Below, piece by piece: positions 13,214 through 25,568 of a DNA stretch of 64,000 nt. The stretch comes from Selaginella moellendorffii (Eukaryota; Plantae; Lycopodiophyta). Positions within the stretch are counted from its first letter, which is position 1. Each line of letters begins with the position of its first letter. The position numbers and the translations under genes are program-made. Location: assembly GCF_000143415.4 (NCBI RefSeq), contig NW_003314298.1, positions 789,014 through 853,013 on the forward strand, in the 5' to 3' direction. The notes under the pieces were generated by a model that made no database searches, had not been told where the DNA came from, and saw only the letters and a list, made by a program, of their open reading frames with translations.

Positions 13214-13807
13214 TCTCTTCCTTCCCGAGCTCTGTCCTTGCGATCGAAAATGGAAATGAGACTCTACCTCGGCTTGGCTTGGCTTGATCTCGAGCTTGAG
13301 CTCTGCTCCACCGCTTTTTGAGACTCGCTCCCCCCCTTCCTCCTCGAAGGAAGAACTGTGAGGCACCTGAAAATCTGCTGCCGCTGCTCCTGAAACTGTG
13401 TTCTTGTTGCAGAGTAAAACTTGGTGTTTAATCGCTTGCCACTGCGGGAATTGAATGGAAACGTGTCAGGTAGCATTTAAGAAGACAACTACCACGCTGC
13501 ACTAACTGCACCACCTTTGGCTGGCGTATATGCGATTCCCATATGTTTCTCGAAGAATTCAACTCTATCAATTTTGGAGCTCGTCCTGTCTTTTTGTCCG
13601 CGTCAACAAATTCCGAATGATCATTAAATAATCAACGCTTTGAGCTGATCAACCTGGAAAGAAACCAAGTACAGGAGGAAGTTTCCATTTATGTAACAGA
13701 GAAAAGAAACACCAGTCAGTGCACGCACCTCACTACAAAATAGCAATCGCTTTTGTCTGGTCAAGCCTGAATTATAAAGCACGTCCATCGATGAGAAACA
13801 AGAAATT

Positions 13808-15589
13808 CTATAACGGAGGAGCAACAAAACGAACCTCATTGTCCTCCTCCTCATCGCCTGCCGAATGGATCATGTTGGACAAAACTACGTAACCCGAGCA
13901 GTCGTTTGGATCCAGCTCCAGCAACCGTTCAGCTGCACGCTTGCCACACTCGACGTCTCCGTGAACGCTGCAAGCTCCCAGCAGAGCAACCCACAATCCT
14001 CGATCACTGTCCATGCTCCTGAGAAAGTTTTCTGCCTCCCTCAACCATCCAGCACGTCCTAGCAGCCCGACCACACAGCCACAGTGCTCCAACCCGGGAA
14101 CCAGCTCGTCGTCCACGAGCATCGCGTAAAAGTTCTCACACCCATCGGCCAAGAGCCCCGCATGGCTGCAAGCCCAGAGAACACTGACGTAGGTGACTTC
14201 GTCGGGATCCACACCAGCTTGTTTCATCTTCCTGAATAGATCCAGGGCCATACTGCTGTCCCCGTGTTGCGCGTAGGCATTGATTAGCGCGGTCCACGAG
14301 ATGGAGTCCTGGTGGTCGAGGCTGTCAAACACTCGTTGCGCGTCTTGAAAACTTCCACACTTCCCATACATGCTCACGATGGCGTTTCCAAACGAGCTCT
14401 GCAACGCAGCACCAGTCTCGGCGCTGCAAGCATGAACCATCCTCCCCTCGGCCAGCGAGCTCGTGTTCCCGCAAACTTCCAGCATGCAGAGAAGTGTCAC
14501 GAAGTCAGCCCTCACGCCTTCCAGTTGCATCCTCAGAAACAGCTTCAGCGCCTCAACGTCTTGTCCATGCTGAGAGTAACCAGTGATTATCACAGTCCAG
14601 CTGACCACATTCCTGTGTTGCATCTTGCTGAAAACCTCCCTGGCCTTGTCCAACCTTCCACACTTTGCGTACATGTTGACTAGCGCATTCCCAACCTGAA
14701 GCTCGTTTTCAAACCCGGCTTCAACAAGGCACGAGTGAATCGCGTCCCCGGCCCTGAGATCATCACACGCGGTGAGGGTGGCAACGTAAGTCACGCTATC
14801 ACTTCGGACTCCCTCCTGTTGCATGGAGTGAAAGATCTCCATGGCTTCCCTGTTATGCCCGTGTTGAGAATAGGCGGTAACCATCGCAGTCCAGGACACT
14901 GTACTCCGGGGACTCATCGCGTCAAACATTTGCCGGGCACTCCACGGACAGTGGCACTTGCTGTACATGGTCACTAAAGCTGTTGCCACGAAAGTGTCCG
15001 ACTCGATGCCAAACTCCCGTATGCATGAATGGATCTTCTTCCCTTCCGAAAGTTCGTGAGAGCCACTTAAAACTCCCAAAACTACGATGAAAGTGATCCT
15101 GTCAACTTTGGCACCCTCTTGCTGCATCCTCCAAAAGAGCCGGAGACAGTACCTCGAGTGCATACGCCCGGCTTGGGCATAAGCTGAGATGAGAGCGTTC
15201 CAAGACACCGAGTTGTGCTGCGGCATAGCTGCAAAAACCCGACTTGCTTCTTCCAAACTTCCACACCGCCCATACATTCGCACGATGTGGTTCCCCAAGA
15301 TGAGGTTCTCTTGGAGACCTGCCTGAACTGCGAGACCATGAACTTTCCTCCCTTCGACCAGAGCGTTTGCGTTCCCACATGCCTGGAGAGCTCGAGCATA
15401 TGGACCCGGATGAGATGGTAGATTATCCGGGTCCAAAGCATCTACCAGTCTCGTCAAACTGCTGCTTTCACTGGCAATTTGCTCCAACCGATCAAACAAT
15501 CCCTTGAGCTGCTGCTGCTGTCCGGTCTTCTGGATTCTTGCCAAAGGAGTGGGAGTGACCACCACCAGACCACGAAGAACATCGCCCAT
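13808..15589 (-). CDS. PLS-E class PPR protein (no DYW), intronless
   Basis: PLS repeats (SWTAMVTAYSQHG, NALVNMYAKCG), E domain LWVALLGACSVHGD...YVVLSN; first ATG at 15589. Confidence 0.93.
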   Translation of the reverse strand: MGDVLRGLVVVTPTPLARIQKTGQQQQLKGLFDRLEQIASESSSLTRLVDALDPDNLPSHPGPYARALQACGNANALVEGRKVHGLAVQAGLQENLILGNHIVRMYGRCGSLEEASRVFAAMPQHNSVSWNALISAYAQAGRMHSRYCLRLFWRMQQEGAKVDRITFIVVLGVLSGSHELSEGKKIHSCIREFGIESDTFVATALVTMYSKCHCPWSARQMFDAMSPRSTVSWTAMVTAYSQHGHNREAMEIFHSMQQEGVRSDSVTYVATLTACDDLRAGDAIHSCLVEAGFENELQVGNALVNMYAKCGRLDKAREVFSKMQHRNVVSWTVIITGYSQHGQDVEALKLFLRMQLEGVRADFVTLLCMLEVCGNTSSLAEGRMVHACSAETGAALQSSFGNAIVSMYGKCGSFQDAQRVFDSLDHQDSISWTALINAYAQHGDSSMALDLFRKMKQAGVDPDEVTYVSVLWACSHAGLLADGCENFYAMLVDDELVPGLEHCGCVVGLLGRAGWLREAENFLRSMDSDRGLWVALLGACSVHGDVECGKRAAERLLELDPNDCSGYVVLSNMIHSAGDEEEDNEVRFVAPPL

Positions 15590-16845
15590 CACAAGTCTTT
15601 TCGGAAGAACATCTCCGCGAGTTGGTCTCTCAGTTCCTGGCCCTGCTGCTCCTCTAAACTAGCACACTCGCCGTTGCCTGCCTGTAGATGGTGGTGTTGT
15701 TGGTGGTATCTTACAAGGCTGTCCTCGTCCAGCCTCAGTGTCTGGAGAATGCTCTCGACCGGGATCTCGTTCTTGTCCAGCAAAACGTTGTGTAGGATGC
15801 AGCAGGCTGCGATGACTTTGGGAACAAACTTGACGTTGTGCTTCACGCACTTCGCTAGTATCTCGAACGTCTCCTTGAGAATCCCGAAGCTTTGTTCGAT
15901 GTGGATCACCGCCCGAACATGCCTCCTGTTAAAACTCTCAGCCATCACAGGCGTTTCAGCCTCCTGGTAGCGGACCAGCAGCCACGGAAGAAGCGGGTAC
16001 TTGTCACCACCCACAAGATAGTGCACCGAAGAGTTCTCAGACTGCGCCGCCGAGAGTAAGTTCGCTCCAGTTTTCAGTAGACCAGGACTGTGGGGATGCT
16101 GAGCATTGCATTGTATATCCAGAAACCTGTACGAGGTGTCGCAAACAGCCTGGAGCGCGATCAAACAGCTTGGTACGTCTCCCGAAGCCATAACTTGAAC
16201 ATTCGTCGTACCAATCGCACCAACGCAATTCGGAAGCTCGCACTTGTCGACAAACCCAGCAGCCGTCTGCCTGAGCCTCTCGGGAAACCTCACACAGCTT
16301 CCAAAGTGCTGGTTGATCGCCCTGACCACGTCAATGACGCAGCTCTGCGAGCTGCTCACACCGATTCCAAACTTCTCGCCTATGACGTGCAAGTCAGCCC
16401 CGCTGGTCAGCCTGTAGAGCGCGGCACCCAGCCTGCATGGAACCGGAATCGGCGACCTGAAGGTGGTGACTTTCTTGTTGAGCAGCGGCTTCAGCTGGTC
16501 GCAGATCCACAAGAACGTCTCCCGAGACATCTTGAGAGCGTTGAACCAGCTATCCCGGTCGTGCACCTCGAGCAGGAACTTATCAAACCAGGCTGGGTTT
16601 CTCGGCTTCACCCACCACCCAGCATCCGTGGAAAGCGCCAGAGAAGCCGACAGCATTGCACTTTGGAAGAAGAGCGCGTTGAGCTCGTCATCCTCTTCTT
16701 CCTGGCGTTTCTCTTCGTCCTGGTCACGAGCGAGACCGGTTTCCAGTCCAAACGACGCAGGACTTACGTTGATAATCTGCTCCACAGCACTCGCGGCAGA
16801 ACAAGCTGTCGCAACAGCAAGCCTGAGCTTCTTCCTCCGGTCCAT
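15589..16845 (-). CDS. HARBI1/ALP1-like Harbinger-derived DDE nuclease-fold protein, probably domesticated
   Basis: WWVKPR, MSRETFLWIC, ALYRLTSG HTH, PNCVGAIG, QAVCD, YPLLPWL, FNRRH, IEQSFGILK, ACCILHN; no TIRs seen. Confidence 0.88.
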   Translation of the reverse strand: MDRRKKLRLAVATACSAASAVEQIINVSPASFGLETGLARDQDEEKRQEEEDDELNALFFQSAMLSASLALSTDAGWWVKPRNPAWFDKFLLEVHDRDSWFNALKMSRETFLWICDQLKPLLNKKVTTFRSPIPVPCRLGAALYRLTSGADLHVIGEKFGIGVSSSQSCVIDVVRAINQHFGSCVRFPERLRQTAAGFVDKCELPNCVGAIGTTNVQVMASGDVPSCLIALQAVCDTSYRFLDIQCNAQHPHSPGLLKTGANLLSAAQSENSSVHYLVGGDKYPLLPWLLVRYQEAETPVMAESFNRRHVRAVIHIEQSFGILKETFEILAKCVKHNVKFVPKVIAACCILHNVLLDKNEIPVESILQTLRLDEDSLVRYHQQHHHLQAGNGECASLEEQQGQELRDQLAEMFFRKDL

Positions 16846-17540
16846 CTGTTCATATCAAAAACAACGTGTCGTATCACTACCACCAAAGGAGAAAATCGGT
16901 AGGAAAAAATCTCCAAGGTCGCACTGACAACCAGCAGGACAGATCGTCGTCACAAGAGTGAAAAGTCAAAAAACAAAGAGCTCGTGCGATGGCGAATTGA
17001 ATAAGAAGGAGCCAATCATTCATGCGTCAAGACCGAATCAACCAGTAGCAGATTTGCAGACTTGCAGATGTGAGCGCCGATCGATAGAATAAGACCTCAC
17101 GAACAAACAATCGCCATTTCACGAGCCATCGCTCGAGACAAAACAGTTTCACGACCAAGACTCGAGGGAAAATATGCGAGAAGAATCCATGAAAATGCGC
17201 AGCTCAATCCACCCAAAATCTAGAGCGCTCTGACACCGCGTTCTTACCTTCGGATGCACGCCATCGAAGATGCAGCTCTCCTCCTCCCAATCCGCCATAC
17301 CCTAGCACTGCGACTTCTTCTCCATCGCTACAAGCAAGCCAGCAGCCCTTAGGTCAAAATCTTTCACAAGGATTTTTTTTTTTTTTTCCTTCGGTTTAAC
17401 ATCACAATATCTGTACATCAGAGGAAGAGAATCAAAAAACATTCTCTGGTATTTTCTCTAAACTCACTCTCTTCTAGCATCGATTCTCCACCGATCTTTC
17501 ACCGAGAAGAAAATGCGATGGCCGCCGCCGCTCGAGAAGA

Positions 17541-19194
17541 TCACGAGTAGAGCATCGCGGTGGACAGATCGTAGGCAAATCCCTGCTTGGCCCGCGGGAT
17601 GGGCGATCGGCACGTACTCCGGACGTCGTCCTCGTCCTCGAATTCCAAGCGCGGCCTCTTCTTGGCGGCGGCGGCGGCGGCGGCGGAACTCTGCTGGATC
17701 TGGAGCAAGATCTCGCTGATGTTGCTGGGCACCGACTCCAGCTTCATGGGAGGAGGATTGATGATCCTGGGCTGCTGCGAAGAGCTCGGGGGAGTATTGG
17801 CAGCCTGGAACGATTGGGTGTTGAGAGATTGATCGTAGGCCCAGGGATTCACCTTGCTCATCATCACCATGGTCGTGTTGCCGGTATTGTGGAACTTATC
17901 GCCCAAGAAGGTCTGGAAGCCATAGCCGCCGCCGCCGCCGCCGCCATAGCCACCGCTGGTAAGTGACGAGGATTGATGGTGGTAGTGATCGAAGCTCTCG
18001 GAAGTTTGCTGCTGCTGGGACGAGGATTCGAAGAGTTCCTGCTGCTGGGGTGGCGGAGGAGCTGACGATAAACCTCCTACGAACTGCGTGGCTAGCTGCG
18101 CCGACGAGGATGATCCGAAGGGTGGGATTTTGTAGAGGCGAGAGTTGTCGTCGATGTCGGGGAGAGATGCTAGAACGTCGTCGAGCTCCTCCTCTGGCGG
18201 CTCGGATTTCATGCTGCTCCTGGGCGTGGTGCTGCCGGATAGCATCGGCTTGAATGCTCCACTGCTCTTCTTGTAAATCCGGCACAGTACCCAGTCGTCG
18301 AGCTGGAAAAAAAATCGATGAGAAAAACTGGAAGAAATGACCTCACAAGACACGATCTCTCGAAAGAATCGATGATTCACCATGAAAACTCTAGAGGAAA
18401 CGAGGATTTCGGCAAAGCATCGAGGATTTTCACCACAGAATGCAAGAAAGCAAGGATTTCATGTACTTCTCGCAAGCGCCAGCCGATTCCAGAAGAAACG
18501 AGGGTTTCACCAAGAAATCGCCAAAGAATGGAGGATTTCACCACAAAGAATGCCAGAAAAGCAAGGATTTCATGGATTTCTCGAGAGATCGAGCCCGCCG
18601 ATTCAAGCAAGAAACGCGAATTTCACCAGGAAATCGAGGATTTCACCACAAAGAATGCAAGAAAGAAGCCATGACTGAGGCGATGACGGAGATTCTTCTT
18701 ACCCTGAGCGATCCTTTCTTGCGCATGGCCGGAATCGCTGCGGCGGCCTTGGCGCTGCTATCGGCGAGGCGGTACTCGTGCATGATCCAATTCGTCTTGG
18801 ATCCCTTGGGCGCCTTGCCCTTGTAGAAGACGAGCGCCTTCTTCACCCCTACCTTCTTGCCCTTGCTAAGAATGGGCTTGTCCGTGCCGGTGGCCTTCCA
18901 ATACCCGGATGCGGCAGCCCGGTTGGGGCGCGCGCCATTGGGGTACTTCCGGTCCCTGGGGCTAAAGAAGTACCACTCCCTCTCCCCAAACAGGGCCTTC
19001 TCCGGGAGCTCCCACGGATCAAACTTGTAGAGATCGATCTCGGCGATGATAGGGATCGCGAATGGCCGGCTCTCCGCCTTGATCGCCAGGTAGCTCACGA
19101 CGAGCTCCTCGTCCGTGGGGTGGAATCGAAAGCCCGCGGGGAGGTTGAGCTGCTCGGATGGAGGCGCTGTGCGCGGCTTGCCGCCGCTGTCCAT
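17541..19194 (-). CDS. NAC transcription factor, ATAF/stress-NAC-like (exons 19194-18703 and 18302-17541)
   Basis: [60 protein letters not shown]; [10 protein letters not shown] motif. Confidence 0.95.
18400..18667. repeat. About 105-110-bp imperfect tandem repeat (3 copies) inside the NAC intron
   Basis: gaggattt(t)caccac...gaatgc...aaag recurs near 18422, 18531 and 18637. Confidence 0.8.
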
Positions 19195-19445
19195 AGATCG
19201 ATCGACCGAAATTGGATCGATGAGCTCCCGAGGAATGCCGAGCTTTCTAAGGCGATTGGATTGCGCTCGCCTCTCTTTCTTGACCGAATCTCGCTGGCTG
19301 GCGTGCGGATGAATAATCTCTTCCTCTTCTTCTCGATAGCTCCTTACGTGATCATCACAGCGATGGATCAATCAAGTGGAAGAAAGAACACACAAAAGAA
19401 AAAAAGACGAGGAGGAAAAATGTGGGCGCTGGCTTGAAAGTCGGC

Positions 19446-19451
19446 CACGTG
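19446..19451. promoter_or_regulatory. G-box/ABRE (CACGTG) upstream of the NAC gene
   Basis: GCCACGTG about 250 nt upstream of the ATG, plus TACGTG near 19346. Confidence 0.5.
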
Positions 19452-20253
19452 TTTAGGTGGCGATTGAGGCGGTCGAAAGAAAAATAAAGGGAGGGGATGA
19501 ATATATGCACGCACGCTTTACACTAGACCGCGGAGCTTCCGCGAAGGCAATGCGGAAGCTTCCTCCTGGTGAATATGCTGCATCCAGCTTGGACCGTGCA
19601 AGGGCTGGCGTGGCACTCCGTACCGCGACCGGCATTTGTCCCGGCCTGGCGGCGTGACGACCGGCTCCTAGCCGGTCACAAATGTAGTAAAAGGTGTCAC
19701 AGCACAGCTTGGTCCGGCTTGAGCTGTGCAAAGCTCCAAACTTTCATCCACGCTTTGGACAGGCAAGAGAAATCTCTCTTTCATCACGCACGGAACAGAC
19801 AATGGCTCTTGCATCATCTCTCGCACAATGAAGTGAGTGATCTGGAACTGAATGATCCAGGGATCAATCGCTGGGATCACCACATTTCCAGATGGTTTTG
19901 ACTTGGGTCTCTCGACGTCTCCAATTTCGCAACACCCATCTTCATGACAAGTTCCTGGGACTGGTTTCTAGAAAACGAATCCAGCCAAGCACAAAGTTAT
20001 ATCAATCAGTACAGAACTTTGGCTTACGGGGAGACTGTCTTTTAGAAACGCGAATCAAACACGACCTCCACTCCACTTTATTTTACTTTTTGGATGTTCC
20101 CAGGTTCCACACTAACATGGGCGGCACCGCATAATTTCCTTGCCTGCTTCAAAGCTGCCCACGTGAGTATTTGCCATCGTCGTATGTAACAAACGCGTGC
20201 GTAGCTTTCTCCGGCCCCACTGTACGTGGATACATCCGCTCATACATACGCCG

Positions 20254-21848
<1,595 letters not shown>

Positions 21849-21879
21849 TCTTTGTACCTCGAACCGGCCCTAATTTTTA

Positions 21880-24169
21880 CTAGGGTTCCCAGCGAACAGG
21901 CCCGCCACCTCCAAAGAATGGTCGCATGTAAGAATCATCGAAGCCTCTCCACAGGCTATGCACTGCCGAGGTTGGATTGGCGAGAAGCATGCTGAGGCTG
22001 CTCCGCCGGAGAAAGGTTGACGACCCATCTTCGTTTGCTTCTTCATCTTTCGGGGACGAAGGCTCCAGATGCCGTAAGTGGTGAGGGAGTAGTGTTGCAA
22101 TCAGCGGTTTTGTGACAACTCCCACCACCTTATAGAAAACGAAGTTAGCAAATCTTGTCAGTTTCAGGAAGAAAATTTTACGTACCAAGGTTGTGAAGAG
22201 TACTACTCCAGTTGTGCTATAGATCATGGTTGCATAGTCCGCGTTCATGGTTCCACTTGACGTTGAGAACTGAGAAACAAAGAAAATGGCGATGATCTTT
22301 TCTGATTAGATGCTTGTGTACCTGCTGGTACGCAAGGGCGATGGAGACTGCTCCCCGCATTATCCCGGACCACCAAATAATCACCTGTGAAAAACAAATC
22401 GTGGTGAAAAAACTGGCTCTGGTACTTTTTAAGCAGTAGTTTTCTTTCCCTTTGCTATCTCACTACGCTAGAATTACCTGGTGCCTAAAGCGCAGCTTCA
22501 CGCTTGATGAACCACGGGCATAGTTGGAGATGGCGGACATTGGAAAGACAAATGCCGCCCTCCCGAGAGGAGTTAGCGCCAGCAGCATAGCACAACTCAG
22601 TGATGCGGCTCTGCATTCATTCCAGATTCAAGTTGTATTAGTGATCAAGTTCAGAATGAAAGTACTCCCACTTGCCTGACATCGACAAGTTGCCATATGT
22701 TCACGTTGAAAACATTTGTCCCCACGTACAAGAACATGAAGCTTTCGGAAATGGAAGAAAAGGTAGCGAAAGCATGCCTGCTCCACCGGAGTTTTACGTC
22801 AGTGATAACAAGAGCTTACTTTACCATGGCTCTTACTTGGATGTGATTTTGGAACTGCCAGAAACATTGTGCCAGCCGTAGTGGGACATGAAAATGCCGC
22901 AAAAGAAAACCGAAAGTATCCCGCTCCATTGGAATAGCTGAAAATAAACAAATTATCGTTGAGGAAGAAACGATTATAGGCAAACCTCAGCCAACATATA
23001 AGACAGATACGCCATCAAAGCCATCAGTGCAATCTCTTTATCCGTGGAGTGCCTGCACTGTGTGAACTGTGACGTAAACACACGCGCCAAAACAACTGTA
23101 AGAACACGTACTTCCCGAAGTATAGACTCTTGAGAACATAAGCTGCGATCAGTCCAATCTAAGTTCATGAGAATTAGCCCAAGATTTAACAGAGAACTAA
23201 CGACTTACCACAACTCCAAGCACGGTGCTCACTGAGAAGAGGTAGACAAATTCATAGATCATTCTCAGCGCTGCTTTTCCATCCAATCCAGCCTCTTCAA
23301 ACCTCTGAACAGCTCGGAACAAAACAACAGCGGTTGCATCGTTAACCACCCCTTCCCCAAACACAAGACTGTAAAGTAGAGGAGTTTCGTCTTGGTGCAG
23401 CAACTGGCAGAGAAAGAAATCATGAAATTATAAACAAGCACGACGAGACAAAACCTGTAAAGTTGCCACGGTGTCTGTCGCCGAGAAGATTGTCCCAAGA
23501 GCTGCAAACACCCAACAGCGATTGGAAGACAATGACATTAGTCGATCGATTTAGCCTTGCTCACCCAAGTAATCTCTCATTTGCAGATTTCCAAGTTTTA
23601 GCCGCGGAAACATGTACTTGCATCCTGCAAAAATGCCAGTAGCGTGTTAAAGTTGAACAGCATCGCCATGGAAAAATCAAACCAGCTGTGACGATGGATG
23701 CCGAGATCAAGACACCGGATCCGCCAAAGAGCATGATCGTTCCAAAGTTGTGAAAGAATTGCTTCTTTTTCACTTGAAAGCTATGCCAAGAGAAAAAGAA
23801 AGATACGTGATCAAAGGGAGAGCCAGTTTACCCCGCATTGAAGATTATAGGAGGAAGAAGGTAGATGAAAAGCAATTGCTCGTGAGGATATAGATCACGA
23901 AGCCGACAGCACAACCCTGATAGAAAAAAGATCATGTAGAGAAAAAGTTTCTATCGAGAGATGGTTTCAATAAATCATACCAGGATAATCGCAATGGTCG
24001 CTTGATTCAGCCAGCGATTCTCCTCGTAGTAATGGCCGATGACAATGCACACGCACAGCAACGATACGAAGAGCGAGATCGAGATCACGGCCGCACGCTG
24101 AGATCCTGCCGCCGAAATCTCTGCCGCTTTTGCCACCAGGAATTCATACAGCCAGCCGACATTCTCCAT
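21880..24169 (-). pseudogene. NHX: Vacuolar-type Na+(K+)/H+ exchanger with a frameshifting deletion in exon 2 (null allele, pseudogene or assembly error)
   Basis: EENRWLN, FIYLLPPIIFNAG, FQVKKKQFF, GEGVVNDAT, WWSGIMRGAVS, WRGFDDSYMRPFFGG; exon 2 (23916-23832) is 85 nt, incompatible with phase 0 to phase 2. Confidence 0.8.
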
Positions 24170-24477
24170 ATCCAATCCCCGAGAAATCACAAACAATCGA
24201 GAGTGCCAGCAGAGGACGATTGGATAAGAATGCTGCGTCAAGATCCACAGATCACGCTCAAGCGATCGACATCCATCCAGATTTTACCTCTCCAGAAGCC
24301 GATCGATCAAAGATTGGCTCTCTTGGCGCTCCAGAGGACCAAAAGAAGGACCCAAAACCCCTAAAGAGTTTTAGCATGCATAGCTGGCGGGAAAGTCACA
24401 GCTGGCGTAAGTGACACCGTTGGAATTTGAAGGCCAAGATAAATTCTTCCAGAACAAAAGAACAAGAAATTTTTGTA

Positions 24478-24550
24478 TGAACCCGGTGTGACTCGAACAC
24501 ACAGCCTTCTGATCTGGAGTCAGACGCGCTAGCCATTGCGCCACGGATCC
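24478..24550 (-). tRNA. trnW-CCA: tRNA-Trp (CCA)
   Basis: GGATCCGTGGCGCAATGGCTAGCGCGTCTGACTCCAGATCAGAAGGCTGTGTGTTCGAGTCACACCGGGTTCA folds as a cloverleaf; anticodon CCA. Confidence 0.97.
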
Positions 24551-25568
24551 TTAACACAAAATACAATGTAAACATCACCATAATAAAATTTCTTAATCGG
24601 TGCTAACGCGTTTTCGCTGTGAAAGCCACCATCTCCTCCCTCGTGGACATCTAAAGAAACGATAGCAAGTTCCAGAGATGAAGAGCTCAACAAAGAGGCG
24701 GTAGCAACACTCAAAACACGTACCTGGATCAGTCGACTGTGTTGAGCATCTGTTTGTAGTGGGGAGCAGCATAAAGATCTTCTATGTTCTTGCGGTGAAG
24801 ATAAGAAAATGTCTCGTACGAGATCGCAAGCGAGTTGCTTCCTGGCTGGAAAGAGTCCCGGCAACACGAGAAGATGAAAAAACGTCAAGGCCAAGCCATC
24901 AACAGTGGAAAATGTGTACCTTGCGAGAAGATCATTTACTTTGGTCATTGTTGTGGTGCGTCGCAGATGTATTCCTTGTCAAGAGGTACGTTAACTCCGC
25001 TAAAGCAAAAGCATGCAGGCGGGAAAGTACTCACCACAGCTGGTGCAATGGAAATTGGCGTGCAAGATAGATTCCACCAGGTCATTTCTTCACGGCAAAC
25101 GAAGTCGACTGATGACCACGGAAATCCACCCTGGAGTCGTGTCCTTTCACAGGCCATCTCTTCTTCAATTTTGCGAGCTATTTCTCTGAGATTACAACAA
25201 AGATTTTAAAACCTTCCGATTGTTAAGCGAACATATTACCGTGGTCACGAACTTTCAGAACTTTGTTCAGAAGCAGACTTCGCGAAACTGCAGCCAAAAG
25301 AAAAGCATATCAGAGACAAAGAAAAGAAACTAAGAACCTTGGTTCCGTTGCGCTTCGTTCACGGGTACCTGCACTATCACGTTCTCGCTTTCTTCCCGGA
25401 GAGATGCTGCATTCTCATTGCGCTGTAAACAAACCTCTGGTTGCGATGGACTCATCAGTTCATGTTATTCAAGAAAGAAGTATCGTCGGCTATGTACATA
25501 GCAGAGAGAAGCTGGTCCAGGAACAGCTTCTCACAAAAATGAGGCAGTAGCAACACTAGTTAGTAGCC

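Noticed and set aside
8517-16845. Myb/SANT plus HARBI1 as one intact Harbinger transposon
   Set aside because: Separated by four ordinary host genes; no TIRs seen; nuclease catalytic residues altered
24600-25550. Several 70-140 aa ORFs between tRNA-Trp and the next gene
   Set aside because: No recognisable motifs or exon structure
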